From Limisphaerales bacterium (GTDB lineage: Bacteria > Verrucomicrobiota > Verrucomicrobiia > Limisphaerales > SIBE01): a stretch of 56,289 bases of DNA. This document shows positions 28,677-38,940 of this stretch, in pieces. How positions within the stretch are numbered: position 1 is the stretch's first letter; each line of letters begins with the position of its first letter. Below the pieces are notes generated by a model. The model made no database searches and was not told where the DNA came from. It worked only from the letters and a program-made list of their open reading frames with translations. Where the stretch lies: NCBI GenBank assembly GCA_044225505.1, contig JBGAIN010000035.1, positions 1 to 56,289 of the forward strand. Direction: 5' to 3'. The position numbers and the translations under genes were made by a program.

Positions 28677-29810
28677 ATGCCTCGAAGCCCATGCCAACAA
28701 TGCGGACAGCACATCGAGTTTCCTACCGAGCTGGCCGGAACTACTGTCGACTGTCCGACTTGCGGTGCGCCCACTCGTTTAGGAGGCGGGCCAGCACCGA
28801 AGATCAAGGTTCCCGTGTTCAATCCCGCGCGTCCTTGGGCACGCGAACAACGCCCGACTCGCGTGACCGAGATCGCGGGTCGCATCACGGAAAATATCGA
28901 GAAAGTGTTGGTGGGAAAACGGGAACAGATCCAACTCGTTTTAGTAGCACTGTTTTCCGAAGGACACGTCCTCTTGGAGGATGTTCCAGGGGTTGCCAAG
29001 ACGATGCTGGCCCGAGCGCTCGCCCAGAGCGTCGATTGCCCTTTCAAACGGATTCAATGCACTCCTGATCTGCTGCCCAGCGACATTACAGGCGCGTCCA
29101 TATTTAATCCGAAAACAACCGAATTTGAGTTTCGCCCAGGCCCTCTTTTTGCCCAGGTCATCCTTGCGGACGAGATCAATCGCGCCACCCCAAGGACGCA
29201 ATCAGCGTTGCTGGAAGCCATGGGCGAGCGACAAGTCACGGCAGACGGGAAGCTCTATCCCTTGGCCGCTCCGTTCTTTCTTATCGCAACCCAGAACCCA
29301 ATCGATCACGAAGGCACATTCCCACTTCCGGAAGCCCAACTCGACAGGTTCTTGATGCGGTTGAGCCTGGGTTATCCGCAATTCACCGAAGAGTTGAATC
29401 TGTTGCAGAGAGTGCAGAGCAAGCACCCGATCGAGGACACCAGGCCTGTGGCGTCGCCGTCGGACATCCTCGAAGCCCAAGCGGCCATTCGTGAAACGGC
29501 CGTTGATCCCAAGGTGCTGGATTACCTCGTGCGCATCATTCACGCAACGCGAGAACATGACGCGATCCGCCTGGGAGCAAGTCCACGCGCTTCGATGGCT
29601 CTCCTGCGCGTCGCTCAAGCTTACGCTGCCATTCAAGGCTTTGCTTTCGTCCTGCCGGACGACATCAAACAAGTCGTGCCGTCGGTTTTGGCGCACCGAA
29701 TGATTTTGCGCCCTGAAAGTCGCTTACGTAAACTGACGGTGAGTGAAATTATTCAACAGATTCTGAACCACGTTACGGTCCCTAGCGTCGACGAAGCCCA
29801 GCGAAAATGA
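28677..29810 (+). CDS. moxR: MoxR family AAA+ ATPase with N-terminal zinc ribbon
   Basis: CQQC..CPTC N-terminus; EDVPGVAKT Walker A; RIQCTPDLLPSD; LADEINR; ATQNP; LPEAQLDRF. Confidence 0.95.
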   Translation: MPRSPCQQCGQHIEFPTELAGTTVDCPTCGAPTRLGGGPAPKIKVPVFNPARPWAREQRPTRVTEIAGRITENIEKVLVGKREQIQLVLVALFSEGHVLLEDVPGVAKTMLARALAQSVDCPFKRIQCTPDLLPSDITGASIFNPKTTEFEFRPGPLFAQVILADEINRATPRTQSALLEAMGERQVTADGKLYPLAAPFFLIATQNPIDHEGTFPLPEAQLDRFLMRLSLGYPQFTEELNLLQRVQSKHPIEDTRPVASPSDILEAQAAIRETAVDPKVLDYLVRIIHATREHDAIRLGASPRASMALLRVAQAYAAIQGFAFVLPDDIKQVVPSVLAHRMILRPESRLRKLTVSEIIQQILNHVTVPSVDEAQRK

Positions 29811-31129
29811 AGTGGGCGGTTATCACTCTCTTGGTCTTGATTGCAGCCTGGTACTTCGAGCTTGGGTTGCTTGTATTGTCGGGCTACGTCATTGCTGGAT
29901 TGCTTCTCTTTGGTCGCCTTGTGCCAAGCAGTTGGACCCGGCAATTAGCAGCGGAACGGACCACCGGATTGGCCAGCGCGGAGATGGGCGACAGCATGCA
30001 GCTCGGAGTCACTCTTCGAAATGCAGGCGCGTTTCGAATCCCGTGGATGTTGATGGAGGATTCGGCGCCCTTGGCCGACCTCAACGCGCAACCGCCCCGG
30101 TTGCGACGGCGGGGTGCATCCGTGGCTCTGGCCAGCCTCCGACCGGGCGAATCCAAGACCTTATCGTATGAGGTCGAATTCCTCCGGCGCGGCTATTATC
30201 AGTTCGGACCTTTGTTGGTCGAGACGGGCGACCTGTTTGGACTGTATCGGACTTACCGCATCTTAACGGATCCGCACTTCGTCATCGTTTACCCAAAAGT
30301 GCTGCCGCTGGAAACATACGACATTGAATCACCCCGACCCATTGGAGAGATCCGCCTTGCCCATCGCCTCTTTGAAGACCCGACACGGATCTCAGGAATC
30401 AGGCCTTTCGAGGGGGGGGATCCCATTAATCGCGTCCATTGGAGGGCCACCGCTCGGACGGGAACATTGCAAAGCAAGACTTTCGAGTCTACTTCAGTCG
30501 CTGGAGCAACGATCGTTCTCGATTTCAATCGGGAAGCATTTCCAGAGGAGTCAGCCCTTTACACTTCTGAACTGGCCGTCACGCTTGCCGCGACTCTGGC
30601 CCGAGCGCTTGATCAGGGCGGACAGCAGGTCGGACTGGTATCCAATGGCCGCGACGCCGTAGATCGGATGAAGTTTCAGGGCTGGGACCTCACTTTTAAA
30701 ACACGCGAGTTTGCGAAACGCCGATTGCAGACTCAAACCGACAACCAACGGCTAACCCCGGTGGTTGTCGAAACGCGTCGTGACTCTGGTCAGTTCCAAC
30801 GGATCATCGAAACGCTAGCTCGGCTTGAACTTACGGACGAGTTTGCCTTCCCGGAGATGCTGGCCGATGCCGGACCCCACTTACCGCGATCCGCCACGGT
30901 CTTGGCTATTGTCAGCCGCGTTACCCAGGAATTGGCCGCGGGTCTCGGACGCCTAAGGCGACGCGGTTACTCGGTCTTGGCTCTGGTCGTGACTTATGGA
31001 GAACCAGAAGTGCCCGACTGGGCGGCACCTGTCGAATGGGCCGAAATGCTGCTGGCCGAAAATGTCCCGTTCCAGCCCATTCGGGATGAAAAGAGCGCCG
31101 CCGCGTTCTGCGCGGAATGCTTTGTCTAG
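29807..31129 (+). CDS. DUF58 domain membrane protein
   Basis: Two N-terminal TM; RRGYYQFGP..GDLFG; IRPFEGGDPINRVHWRATAR; ATGA overlap with moxR. Confidence 0.92.
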   Translation: MKWAVITLLVLIAAWYFELGLLVLSGYVIAGLLLFGRLVPSSWTRQLAAERTTGLASAEMGDSMQLGVTLRNAGAFRIPWMLMEDSAPLADLNAQPPRLRRRGASVALASLRPGESKTLSYEVEFLRRGYYQFGPLLVETGDLFGLYRTYRILTDPHFVIVYPKVLPLETYDIESPRPIGEIRLAHRLFEDPTRISGIRPFEGGDPINRVHWRATARTGTLQSKTFESTSVAGATIVLDFNREAFPEESALYTSELAVTLAATLARALDQGGQQVGLVSNGRDAVDRMKFQGWDLTFKTREFAKRRLQTQTDNQRLTPVVVETRRDSGQFQRIIETLARLELTDEFAFPEMLADAGPHLPRSATVLAIVSRVTQELAAGLGRLRRRGYSVLALVVTYGEPEVPDWAAPVEWAEMLLAENVPFQPIRDEKSAAAFCAECFV

Positions 31130-31132
31130 AGG

Positions 31133-32809
31133 ATGAGCACCAAGCCAGACAAAACAGCCGCAGACTACATCGCCATCGCGATTTGCCCGGCACTAATTAT
31201 CTTGTTGGTCGGTAGTTTGGTGATGTTCCTTTTGCAGATCGGGTACTCGGGATCTCAAATAGGACGGCTCCGCTGGACAATGTTCTGGTTTGTTCTCGCG
31301 ATGGTGCTCGTCTCTCGCATTGCCATCGAACAAAGTCCCGGCGCGGCGTTTCTCTACGGCATCGCCTTAGCGGCAGCGACTTCGATCATGCTCACGCAGT
31401 ACATCGGATTCCTCTGGGTCATCTGGATCCTCCTCGCTGTGATTTGGTGGATATCGAATAAGATTGTCTGGGACTGCACACTCATCGACGAAGATCAGGA
31501 CGCCTCTGGACAGGGCTTGCTCCAGGTAACCCGATTTCATCAACTCTTACGGCCGAATCTTTCCGCACCACGAGCTGTTCCGAGTCCGGGTTTAACCCCG
31601 CTGGCTGGACCATCAAGCTCGCCCCGACTCGGCACCGGGTTGGGATCACTGGCACCTCGCTCCACGGCGCAGTCGCACGCTAAGCGTGCCGCGATCGCTC
31701 GCAAAAACACCAAAGAAAAAGCCAGAGCCGAAGCGCAAGAGGTTCACAGTCCCGGGCTTTGGGTACTCTATTTTTCCATTGGCGCAATTCCGTTGTTCGG
31801 TCTTGGAGAATTGCTCCTCGACCGTGGCGATGCGAGTGGGAAGCGCTTCTGCTTTGTAATGCTCCTGGGCTACATGCTAGCCGCGCTGGCGCTGCTTCTG
31901 CTCACCAGCTTTCTCGGGTTACGTCGATATCTACGGCAACGAACCGTGATCATGCCCCCGGTCCTCGCGGGTTCCTGGATTATTACAGGCGCCTCTATTA
32001 TAACCGTCATTTTGACGGCGACATTGCTACTGCCTCGGCCGAACACACCTTACTCTGTCGCACATCTGGTGACCAAACTGACTTCGCCAGCGGCTGAGAC
32101 GAACGAAGACAGCTCCAGTGGATCAAAAGGGCACGAGTCAAGTGCCGCCAAGCCGGGCTCCAAAGGACAGTCCCACGAGGACCCCTCCGAAAACCGAGAC
32201 CCGGCGTCAGGGGTGAAATCGAGCGCATCATCACGGCAATCTCCGGCGAAGCGCGATTTCACCACCCAGGACAGTGCGGTGTCGGGGCGAGCGCCCTCCG
32301 CGATTCAAATCGAGCGCTGGGTCGGCTATCTAGTGCTAACCATTGTCGTAGGGGCGGTCCTGATAAGGTTTTCCCCGCAGCTTCGAACTCTACTCTTGAC
32401 CGCGGTAGCGGCTCTGCGGATGCCAGGTCGCTTAAAGAAGCGCACTGTGTCTAGCCGATTCACATCAATTGGAAAATCGAAGGGATCAGGGGCAGGCAAC
32501 ATTGTGCCCCTGCCGGACCCCTTTAAATCTGGAGCGGCTCAGCGGATGCCTTTGAACGAACTGATTCAATACAGCTTTCACGGCTTGCAGCGCTGGAGCG
32601 AATCTCGCGGATTCGTCCTGGAAGAAAGTGAAACGCCAATTGAGTTTGCGGAGCGATTGTCGACGCGTGAACCGGCCCTTGCTCGCGAAATCTTGCTCAC
32701 CTCCAGCTATTTCTCGCACGTCACCTACGGGGCGCAGACGCCTGTTGGAGATTGCCGCCCGATCCTCGAGACCCTTTGGTCGGTGATTGGATTTCAACGT
32801 CGTCCGTAG
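31133..32809 (+). CDS. multi-pass membrane protein with C-terminal DUF4129-like domain
   Basis: Many TM segments; C-terminal SETPIEFAERL..HVTYG; third gene of the moxR operon. Confidence 0.75.
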   Translation: MSTKPDKTAADYIAIAICPALIILLVGSLVMFLLQIGYSGSQIGRLRWTMFWFVLAMVLVSRIAIEQSPGAAFLYGIALAAATSIMLTQYIGFLWVIWILLAVIWWISNKIVWDCTLIDEDQDASGQGLLQVTRFHQLLRPNLSAPRAVPSPGLTPLAGPSSSPRLGTGLGSLAPRSTAQSHAKRAAIARKNTKEKARAEAQEVHSPGLWVLYFSIGAIPLFGLGELLLDRGDASGKRFCFVMLLGYMLAALALLLLTSFLGLRRYLRQRTVIMPPVLAGSWIITGASIITVILTATLLLPRPNTPYSVAHLVTKLTSPAAETNEDSSSGSKGHESSAAKPGSKGQSHEDPSENRDPASGVKSSASSRQSPAKRDFTTQDSAVSGRAPSAIQIERWVGYLVLTIVVGAVLIRFSPQLRTLLLTAVAALRMPGRLKKRTVSSRFTSIGKSKGSGAGNIVPLPDPFKSGAAQRMPLNELIQYSFHGLQRWSESRGFVLEESETPIEFAERLSTREPALAREILLTSSYFSHVTYGAQTPVGDCRPILETLWSVIGFQRRP

Positions 32810-32842
32810 GCTCTCGTCGACGTGCCAGCAGGCTAATGAACG

Positions 32843-32881
32843 TTCCGTGAGTTGGGAGCACGGAGGCGCTCGCTCACGGAA
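32843..32881. terminator. hairpin between convergent genes
   Basis: TTCCGTGAGT...GCTCACGGAA inverted repeat with inner GAGC/GCTC; no clear U-tract. Confidence 0.4.
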
Positions 32882-32945
32882 TTCGGCGCGACTTGGAGTT
32901 TGGCAATACCGCGATGCGCAGAATCAAGCTGTAGGACAGGTTCCC

Positions 32946-34568
32946 CTACTCTCTTAGCCCCGTCTTTACCCGGAGCGCAGGCTTCAACGTCCAGGCCTGG
33001 CATCGAGCAACCTCCAGAATCTTAGGAGCACGGAATCCTTCCCGGTGAATTACCCATCCCCCAAACAGGTCCGGCGTATCTTCCGCGACATACTGTGTCG
33101 AGCTCAATACACCGCCGCTGGCCAACCTGACCATTCCCGTCATCTTCAGTTCCTGCTTGGCGGCGTAATTTTGGTAAAAATCCGCGAGCGTAAGGAGAAA
33201 GTTCTCGGGCGCGACGAAGCTTGAGCCGATAAAAACCCGGTCAGGCATGCGGTGCTCGGTACGGAGAAAGCTTGCGACATCCCGCAGCGAATCCCGAAGC
33301 GCAGTCCAAGGTATTTCGGCGGTTGCGAGCGAAGTCGCGGGGCTTCGTGCAGGTCCCAGCAGACCGGAATTACGAATTGGAAAGATTACTTGTCTTCCGG
33401 CTGTAATCGATTCGCAAGCCACTGTCAGCAATTCAAATTGATCCGCGGCGGAATAGGCACGGTCCTGGTAGATCAGGAAATTGACATTCTTCCCCTCCGC
33501 GAGCGCAATCTGCCGTGCGATCGCGAGCAACTCATCCGCACCCACGCCTTCGTCCCGTCCGGCATCGCGATAGAGTAGCGGCAAGTCACTGGCCGTAACA
33601 AACTGAGTCCCGGGAATTGAGCGAAGATGGTCCACATAGTCACCAAATCTGGCGAATGCCGCTTCGGTTTCCGCTGCGGACCGTTGTGGCGGCGCCTTCC
33701 ACTCTTCCCGAGGCGGATTGGCGCCACGGCGGAAGTTTACTCCATCCCAAAATTCGCGATGCACCCATTCACACGGATGATAGAAAATGCTAATCAAGCC
33801 ACCACCTTGCGCTCGAAGACGGTCCGCAATCGCGGTTGCCTGAACCTTCGCCGGGGCAACCGCTGCTGGATCATGCAACTCCATCCGGGTCCAGTTCCGC
33901 CCCATATGGTATACGACCAAAGAGCCAGCGTACCAGAACGGTTGCTCGTTCAATCCGACATGGTCGCCTTCATCGACGTAACAGGGCGTGCCATGCGGAG
34001 TAACACCGATCGCCCGTAAGGCGGCAATCGACTGTGACCCCCAGGACGAACCCGGTTGCCCATAGCAAGACAAAGTCGGCACGTTAAACACCCGCCGCAC
34101 ATCGGCAGCACCTCCACCCTCTCGTCGAACAAATTCAGCGATGCCGTCTAACAAACCGCAGTCCGCGAGATACTCGGAGGGTGTCGGATGAACCGAGTGA
34201 TAGTTGGCATGGTAGCCAATGTCATGCTTCTTTAAGGCTGCGACAACATCTTGACGCCCGCGTTGTTCCAGAACTCGCGCCTTCTCTCCTACCACCTTGA
34301 ACGTAGCTCGAATCCCCCGGTCACTCAACATCTCTGCCAACCGTTTAGACGCGTCATCATCGGCTTGCAGCAAGTAATCCTCGGTATCAAACCAGAGGAT
34401 CATGTCCACCGTTGCGGCAGCGATTGGCCGAGGCGTAGAAACTTCAAGGCATACCCAGAGCGTAAGGAGAACTCCACAACCTGTCGGGAGCATAAGCCTA
34501 AACGATCGGGTCAAAGGCCGGGTTAGGGAATGCCAACAACGGAGAACAGAGTTTGAAATGGCTTCCAT
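32946..34568 (-). CDS. polysaccharide deacetylase (NodB-like fold) exported protein
   Basis: LWFDTEDY, GIRATFKVVGE, HDIGYHANYH, FYHPCE motifs; start may be 34493. Confidence 0.7.
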   Translation of the reverse strand: MEAISNSVLRCWHSLTRPLTRSFRLMLPTGCGVLLTLWVCLEVSTPRPIAAATVDMILWFDTEDYLLQADDDASKRLAEMLSDRGIRATFKVVGEKARVLEQRGRQDVVAALKKHDIGYHANYHSVHPTPSEYLADCGLLDGIAEFVRREGGGAADVRRVFNVPTLSCYGQPGSSWGSQSIAALRAIGVTPHGTPCYVDEGDHVGLNEQPFWYAGSLVVYHMGRNWTRMELHDPAAVAPAKVQATAIADRLRAQGGGLISIFYHPCEWVHREFWDGVNFRRGANPPREEWKAPPQRSAAETEAAFARFGDYVDHLRSIPGTQFVTASDLPLLYRDAGRDEGVGADELLAIARQIALAEGKNVNFLIYQDRAYSAADQFELLTVACESITAGRQVIFPIRNSGLLGPARSPATSLATAEIPWTALRDSLRDVASFLRTEHRMPDRVFIGSSFVAPENFLLTLADFYQNYAAKQELKMTGMVRLASGGVLSSTQYVAEDTPDLFGGWVIHREGFRAPKILEVARCQAWTLKPALRVKTGLRE

Positions 34569-34850
34569 AGCATGGACGGGGCTCAGAAATACTGAATTTT
34601 GTTTTACTCAACCCGGATGCTACCAGCGAGCTTGGAGGAGGTGAAGCAAACTAATTGTTTGAGGAGTGCCGGCCATTGCCGAGCTATCGCGTCCGCCCGT
34701 GCGTGTCGAGGTCACCGGTAACGGTTGCGGGATAACTGCGCCACGAGGTTGTCTCATTCTCCGAGGTCTGACGGAGAGAGAGCTTCGTCGCCCGCCTGTC
34801 GAAGGCAGGATTGTCAGCGTGTCATTCTCCTGCCATTCTTTTGTACTTTG

Positions 34851-36236
34851 ATGAAACGCTGTGCCTTCGTTACCTTAGTCAGCGCCTTCTTGGCATCGAC
34901 CGCGCTTGAGGATGCCGCGCAAACGAACTTGCCTTCCTGGCTCGATCAACCCCTGTCGCTAGCCGAAAGCGTCAATATCGCACTTCAACACAATGGGACG
35001 ATTCTAAAAGGCCGGAGTGAACTTGAAGCGTCTTATGGATTGGTGATCCAAACGCGGGCGATTGCCATTCCGAAGATCCGGAGCGGAGCGACCTATCAAA
35101 AGACGGACTCTAGGGGCGTCGAGACTTTTCCGCCCGTGCCCGCGACCCTCGTGTCGCCATTTCCGGACGTAAGTGGCGACCAGCGATGGTCCGCTGAAGT
35201 CCGCTTGGTTCAGTCAATCTATGAAGGCGGGCGGATTACTTCGGCACTTCGAACGGCGCGACTGACGAAGGAGCAAGCTCTGTTGAAATATCAAAGTGTG
35301 ATTGCGGATACTTTGTTGGCAGTCCGAGTGGCGTATGACGATGCCTTGCTCGCCGAGCAACAAATCACCGTTCAAGAAGCCTCGGTAAAGCTGCTTACCA
35401 GTGAACTTGAGGATCAAAAGCGGCGTTTCGACGCAGGAACCGTTCCCCGATTCAACTTGCTCCGTGCGGAAGTCGAACTTGCCAATGCGCGTCCGCGGCT
35501 GATACGTGCCCGCAACAGTTATCGGATTTCCAAGAACAATCTCGTGAACCTCCTGGGTTTCAATCTCCCGAAGGAAATCTGGGAAGATATCCCGCTCCAC
35601 CTTTCAGGCAATTTAGAAGCGGAAGCCGTTGAGACGGAGTTGCCGGCGGCCATAGCTCAGGCGCTTGAGAGTCGCAGCGAATTGGGAGTTTTGCGAAAAG
35701 CTGTTGCTTTGGCGAAAGAAACGGTGGTGACGGCACGCGCCGCCCGTAAGCCTAGTATCCAAGTTTTCACTGGTTATGGCGGGCGAAACTCGTTGTTCAC
35801 CGATGACTTAACGCGGGACGTATCGGGATGGTTCGCTGGAGCTCAACTTAATTGGGATATATTCGACGGCTTTTATACCAAAGGTCGGATTGACCAGGCG
35901 CAAGCTTTGCAGCGACGAGCGGAATTCGACTTGGAGGATTCAACCCGGCGCATCGAATTGGAGGTTCGGACCGCTTTTTCTACGGTCGTTGAAGCCCGTG
36001 AACTGCTGGAATCGCAGAAGAAAGTGCAGGAACAAGCCGAAGAAGCGCTGCGATTGGCTACCGTTCGCGGACAGGCGGGCACTGGAACTCAGTTGGACGT
36101 TCTCAACGCTCAAACGGCCCTTACTCAAGCGCGGACCACCCAGATCGAGGCCTTGCATGACTACGCAGTGGCCAAGGCTCGTCTCGAACATGCCATCGGC
36201 CGGGACCTGTTCCAGCGCGATGCGAAGTTGCCGTGA
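34851..36236 (+). CDS. TolC family outer membrane efflux protein
   Basis: PLSLAESVNIAL, QSIYEGG, RFDAGTV..LLRAEVELA, WDIFDG, GTGTQLDVLNAQ; two OEP repeats. Confidence 0.92.
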   Translation: MKRCAFVTLVSAFLASTALEDAAQTNLPSWLDQPLSLAESVNIALQHNGTILKGRSELEASYGLVIQTRAIAIPKIRSGATYQKTDSRGVETFPPVPATLVSPFPDVSGDQRWSAEVRLVQSIYEGGRITSALRTARLTKEQALLKYQSVIADTLLAVRVAYDDALLAEQQITVQEASVKLLTSELEDQKRRFDAGTVPRFNLLRAEVELANARPRLIRARNSYRISKNNLVNLLGFNLPKEIWEDIPLHLSGNLEAEAVETELPAAIAQALESRSELGVLRKAVALAKETVVTARAARKPSIQVFTGYGGRNSLFTDDLTRDVSGWFAGAQLNWDIFDGFYTKGRIDQAQALQRRAEFDLEDSTRRIELEVRTAFSTVVEARELLESQKKVQEQAEEALRLATVRGQAGTGTQLDVLNAQTALTQARTTQIEALHDYAVAKARLEHAIGRDLFQRDAKLP

Positions 36237-36312
36237 ACCGATGCAGCGACCGAACCGTTGAGCCGCATTCTGAATTCATGGTTTTGCGCTCACTCCCTGT
36301 CGCATGCCTGCA

Positions 36313-36618
36313 TTAAGGCTTCTCGTCCAATTCCGAGTCATGAGCTTCGTTTGAGACCAACGCGCAGGCGCACCACCAAATCCCCGTAATCGCGGCAAGG
36401 CCAGACGCCAGGATCAGTCCAACCACGTGGATCCAACCGAATAGCACACTGCCGGCTGACACCCATGGGCCGAAGAAATGCAATCCAGCTCCATCTCCAA
36501 GATAGCGAACCAATAGATAGGCAACAGCTGCCGCCATCATGAGCCACGCCACACCGCCAAGAAGAAACAAGGCACGTTTCAAAGCTCCATTGGGCTGAGT
36601 TGGCACAATGTGGCGCAC
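36313..36618 (-). CDS. small hypothetical membrane protein
   Basis: 101 aa with two hydrophobic segments, co-oriented downstream of the kinase. Confidence 0.5.
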   Translation of the reverse strand: MRHIVPTQPNGALKRALFLLGGVAWLMMAAAVAYLLVRYLGDGAGLHFFGPWVSAGSVLFGWIHVVGLILASGLAAITGIWWCACALVSNEAHDSELDEKP

Positions 36619-36696
36619 TCCAAGAGGTTAGTCTTAGGAATGCGGAGAGCCAAGCCGAATCCCTTGTTAGAACGGGAAGTTCGCTGCCGCGGCTAT

Positions 36697-38109
36697 CTAA
36701 GCGCCCTGCGTCGTCGTTACGGACGGAAACCAGACTCCGAAAGTAGCTCCTTGATCCGGTTGACTGCTTACCGAGACGCGCCCGCCATGGGCTTCGACCA
36801 TGGCCTTCACGAGACTTAATCCGAGACCAAGTCCGCGCTGCGAACGACTCTTGTCTCCACGGTATAGGCGCTCCCATATCTTGCCATGTTCGGCGGGAGC
36901 GATCCCGATTCCGGTGTCGATGAACTGCACCGTCACTCCGCCGGAGTCGCTCTCCGCTCGAATCGTGACCTCGCCTCCCTCAGAGGTATATTTAAGGGCG
37001 TTATCGAGCAGATTGGCAAACACCTGGCGGACACGCGTTGGGTCAACAGATGCCGGGCACGAGGACGGATAGACCTTACGGATCGCGATTCGCTTTTCTT
37101 CGGCGACATATTCGTAAAGCTCGACCACTTCATCAAGCAGAGACCGCAGATCGATTCTCTCGCGTGCCAGTCTAACCATGCCAGACTCAGCTTCGGCGAC
37201 ATCCATGAGCGTTCGAAGAATCGTCAAAACCCGATCGGATTCTTCAACGCAATCTGCCAGAGCCTCACGTGATCCAGCGTCTTCTGGCTTCGTTCGCAAG
37301 GCAAGTTCCGCGATGCCGCGCAAACGGGTCAAAGGCGTGCGCAAATCGTGAGCAACGTTATCCAGCGATTCCCGCATACCGCGGATCAATGCTTGGTTTT
37401 TGTCCAGCATTCGGTTGAGCAGCAAAGCCAATTCATCAAGTTCGTCGTTGGATTCATGCACAGGAACTCGTTGATCCAGATTCCCCGTGTCCACAATCGA
37501 CCGGGCCGTGGCAACAATCTCTCGGATTGGCTGCATCGCGCGATGGGCAAATAGGGCGCCGCCAATGAACCCGAGTAAGATTATGGGAGTGACAACGATG
37601 ACGAATGTGCGTTGAAACGGTTGTAGCAGCGTCTGTCGCTTATTTGCACTTCGTCCAACTTGGAGAATGCAACGGTCGAATAGCGGCATGGAGCGAATCA
37701 CAAAATCCCGCTCTTCATCGCGCGGGATACGCACCCACCCTTCACTGAGCTGAATGGGACCCAGGTCAAGCTTACGTTCCACCTCGATCCATTCCGGGGG
37801 GAACTTGGTAAAAAGCTCGGTTTGAAACGGGCTTAACACCCGGACAAAGAACGAGCGTTGTCCGTTCTTCCCCTCGGTTTGATTAACCCAATTGCGCAAG
37901 GCTGGCAAACCACCCGTGCGATAAACGGTTGCGTACTCTTTCAGCCTCGCCACAATCACCTCTCGCTCTTTCCGATCCACTTCCACCGAAAGCAGAGCGT
38001 AGAGGAGTACGAATAGAGCCGCTGCGCTTAGAATGAATATCGAAGCGTACCAAGCATTCAGGCGGAAGCTGATTGTGCGGCTGAACTGGCTAAGCAGCTT
38101 TAAGGACAT
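36697..38109 (-). CDS. HAMP-domain sensor histidine kinase
   Basis: 2 [17 protein letters not shown]-box, [21 protein letters not shown]. Confidence 0.95.
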   Translation of the reverse strand: MSLKLLSQFSRTISFRLNAWYASIFILSAAALFVLLYALLSVEVDRKEREVIVARLKEYATVYRTGGLPALRNWVNQTEGKNGQRSFFVRVLSPFQTELFTKFPPEWIEVERKLDLGPIQLSEGWVRIPRDEERDFVIRSMPLFDRCILQVGRSANKRQTLLQPFQRTFVIVVTPIILLGFIGGALFAHRAMQPIREIVATARSIVDTGNLDQRVPVHESNDELDELALLLNRMLDKNQALIRGMRESLDNVAHDLRTPLTRLRGIAELALRTKPEDAGSREALADCVEESDRVLTILRTLMDVAEAESGMVRLARERIDLRSLLDEVVELYEYVAEEKRIAIRKVYPSSCPASVDPTRVRQVFANLLDNALKYTSEGGEVTIRAESDSGGVTVQFIDTGIGIAPAEHGKIWERLYRGDKSRSQRGLGLGLSLVKAMVEAHGGRVSVSSQPDQGATFGVWFPSVTTTQGA

Positions 38110-38764
38110 AGCCTATCCCGCGCTGCGTCGAAATCATCTTTTTCTGGAAATCCTTATCAACTTTACTGCGTAAACGATGGACCAAAACATCAACGACATT
38201 TGTCTGCGGGTCGAAACTATAGTCCCAGACATGTTCGAGGATCATCGTTTTGGTCACAACACGGCCAGCGTGCCGCATCAAATATTCAAGGAGAGAAAAC
38301 TCCCGCGTCTGGAGGTCAATGGTCTGTCCGTCTCGTATGACTTCGCGGGTCAAGAGATCCATAGAAAGGTCGCCAACCACCAGGCGTGTAGGCTCCGAGA
38401 CTTGCGTCGATCGGCGGATCAGGGCTTGGACACGAGCTAACAGCTCGGAAAATGCGAACGGCTTGGTCAAGTAATCGTCACCGCCGGCCTGTAGACCTTT
38501 GACACGGTCATCGACGGTTGCTTTGGCGCTAAGAATGATGACCGGCATTCTGACCTGTTCTTTGCGGAGTTGCTGAACCAGGCTGAGGCCATCCAACTTT
38601 GGCAGCATAATGTCGATAACAGCGGCATCGTAGGGCGTCGTGCGGGCAAGCAAGAAACCGGATTCACCGTCCACGCAATGATCGACGGCAAAGCCACTTT
38701 GCTTCAGTCCCTTGACAACAAAGGAAGCGATCTTCTTGTCATCCTCAACCACTAGCATTCGCAT
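38090..38764 (-). CDS. OmpR-family response regulator (CusR/CopR-like)
   Basis: [42 protein letters not shown]; overlaps the kinase start. Confidence 0.95.
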   Translation of the reverse strand: MRMLVVEDDKKIASFVVKGLKQSGFAVDHCVDGESGFLLARTTPYDAAVIDIMLPKLDGLSLVQQLRKEQVRMPVIILSAKATVDDRVKGLQAGGDDYLTKPFAFSELLARVQALIRRSTQVSEPTRLVVGDLSMDLLTREVIRDGQTIDLQTREFSLLEYLMRHAGRVVTKTMILEHVWDYSFDPQTNVVDVLVHRLRSKVDKDFQKKMISTQRGIGYVLKAA

Positions 38765-38940
38765 AGCGCCTTGATCCTCCGAAGATAGACCACTGGCGGG
38801 TAAAGACAATGGGTTTACGAGGTCCATGACGTCGATCTCCATACGAAGAATGCACTGGCGAAAAAATTGGGGGGGGCCGGGAAGTCCCCTCTCCCGAAGC
38901 TCGACGCGCCAGGAGAGGGGCCTGAGCTGACTATCCTGTT

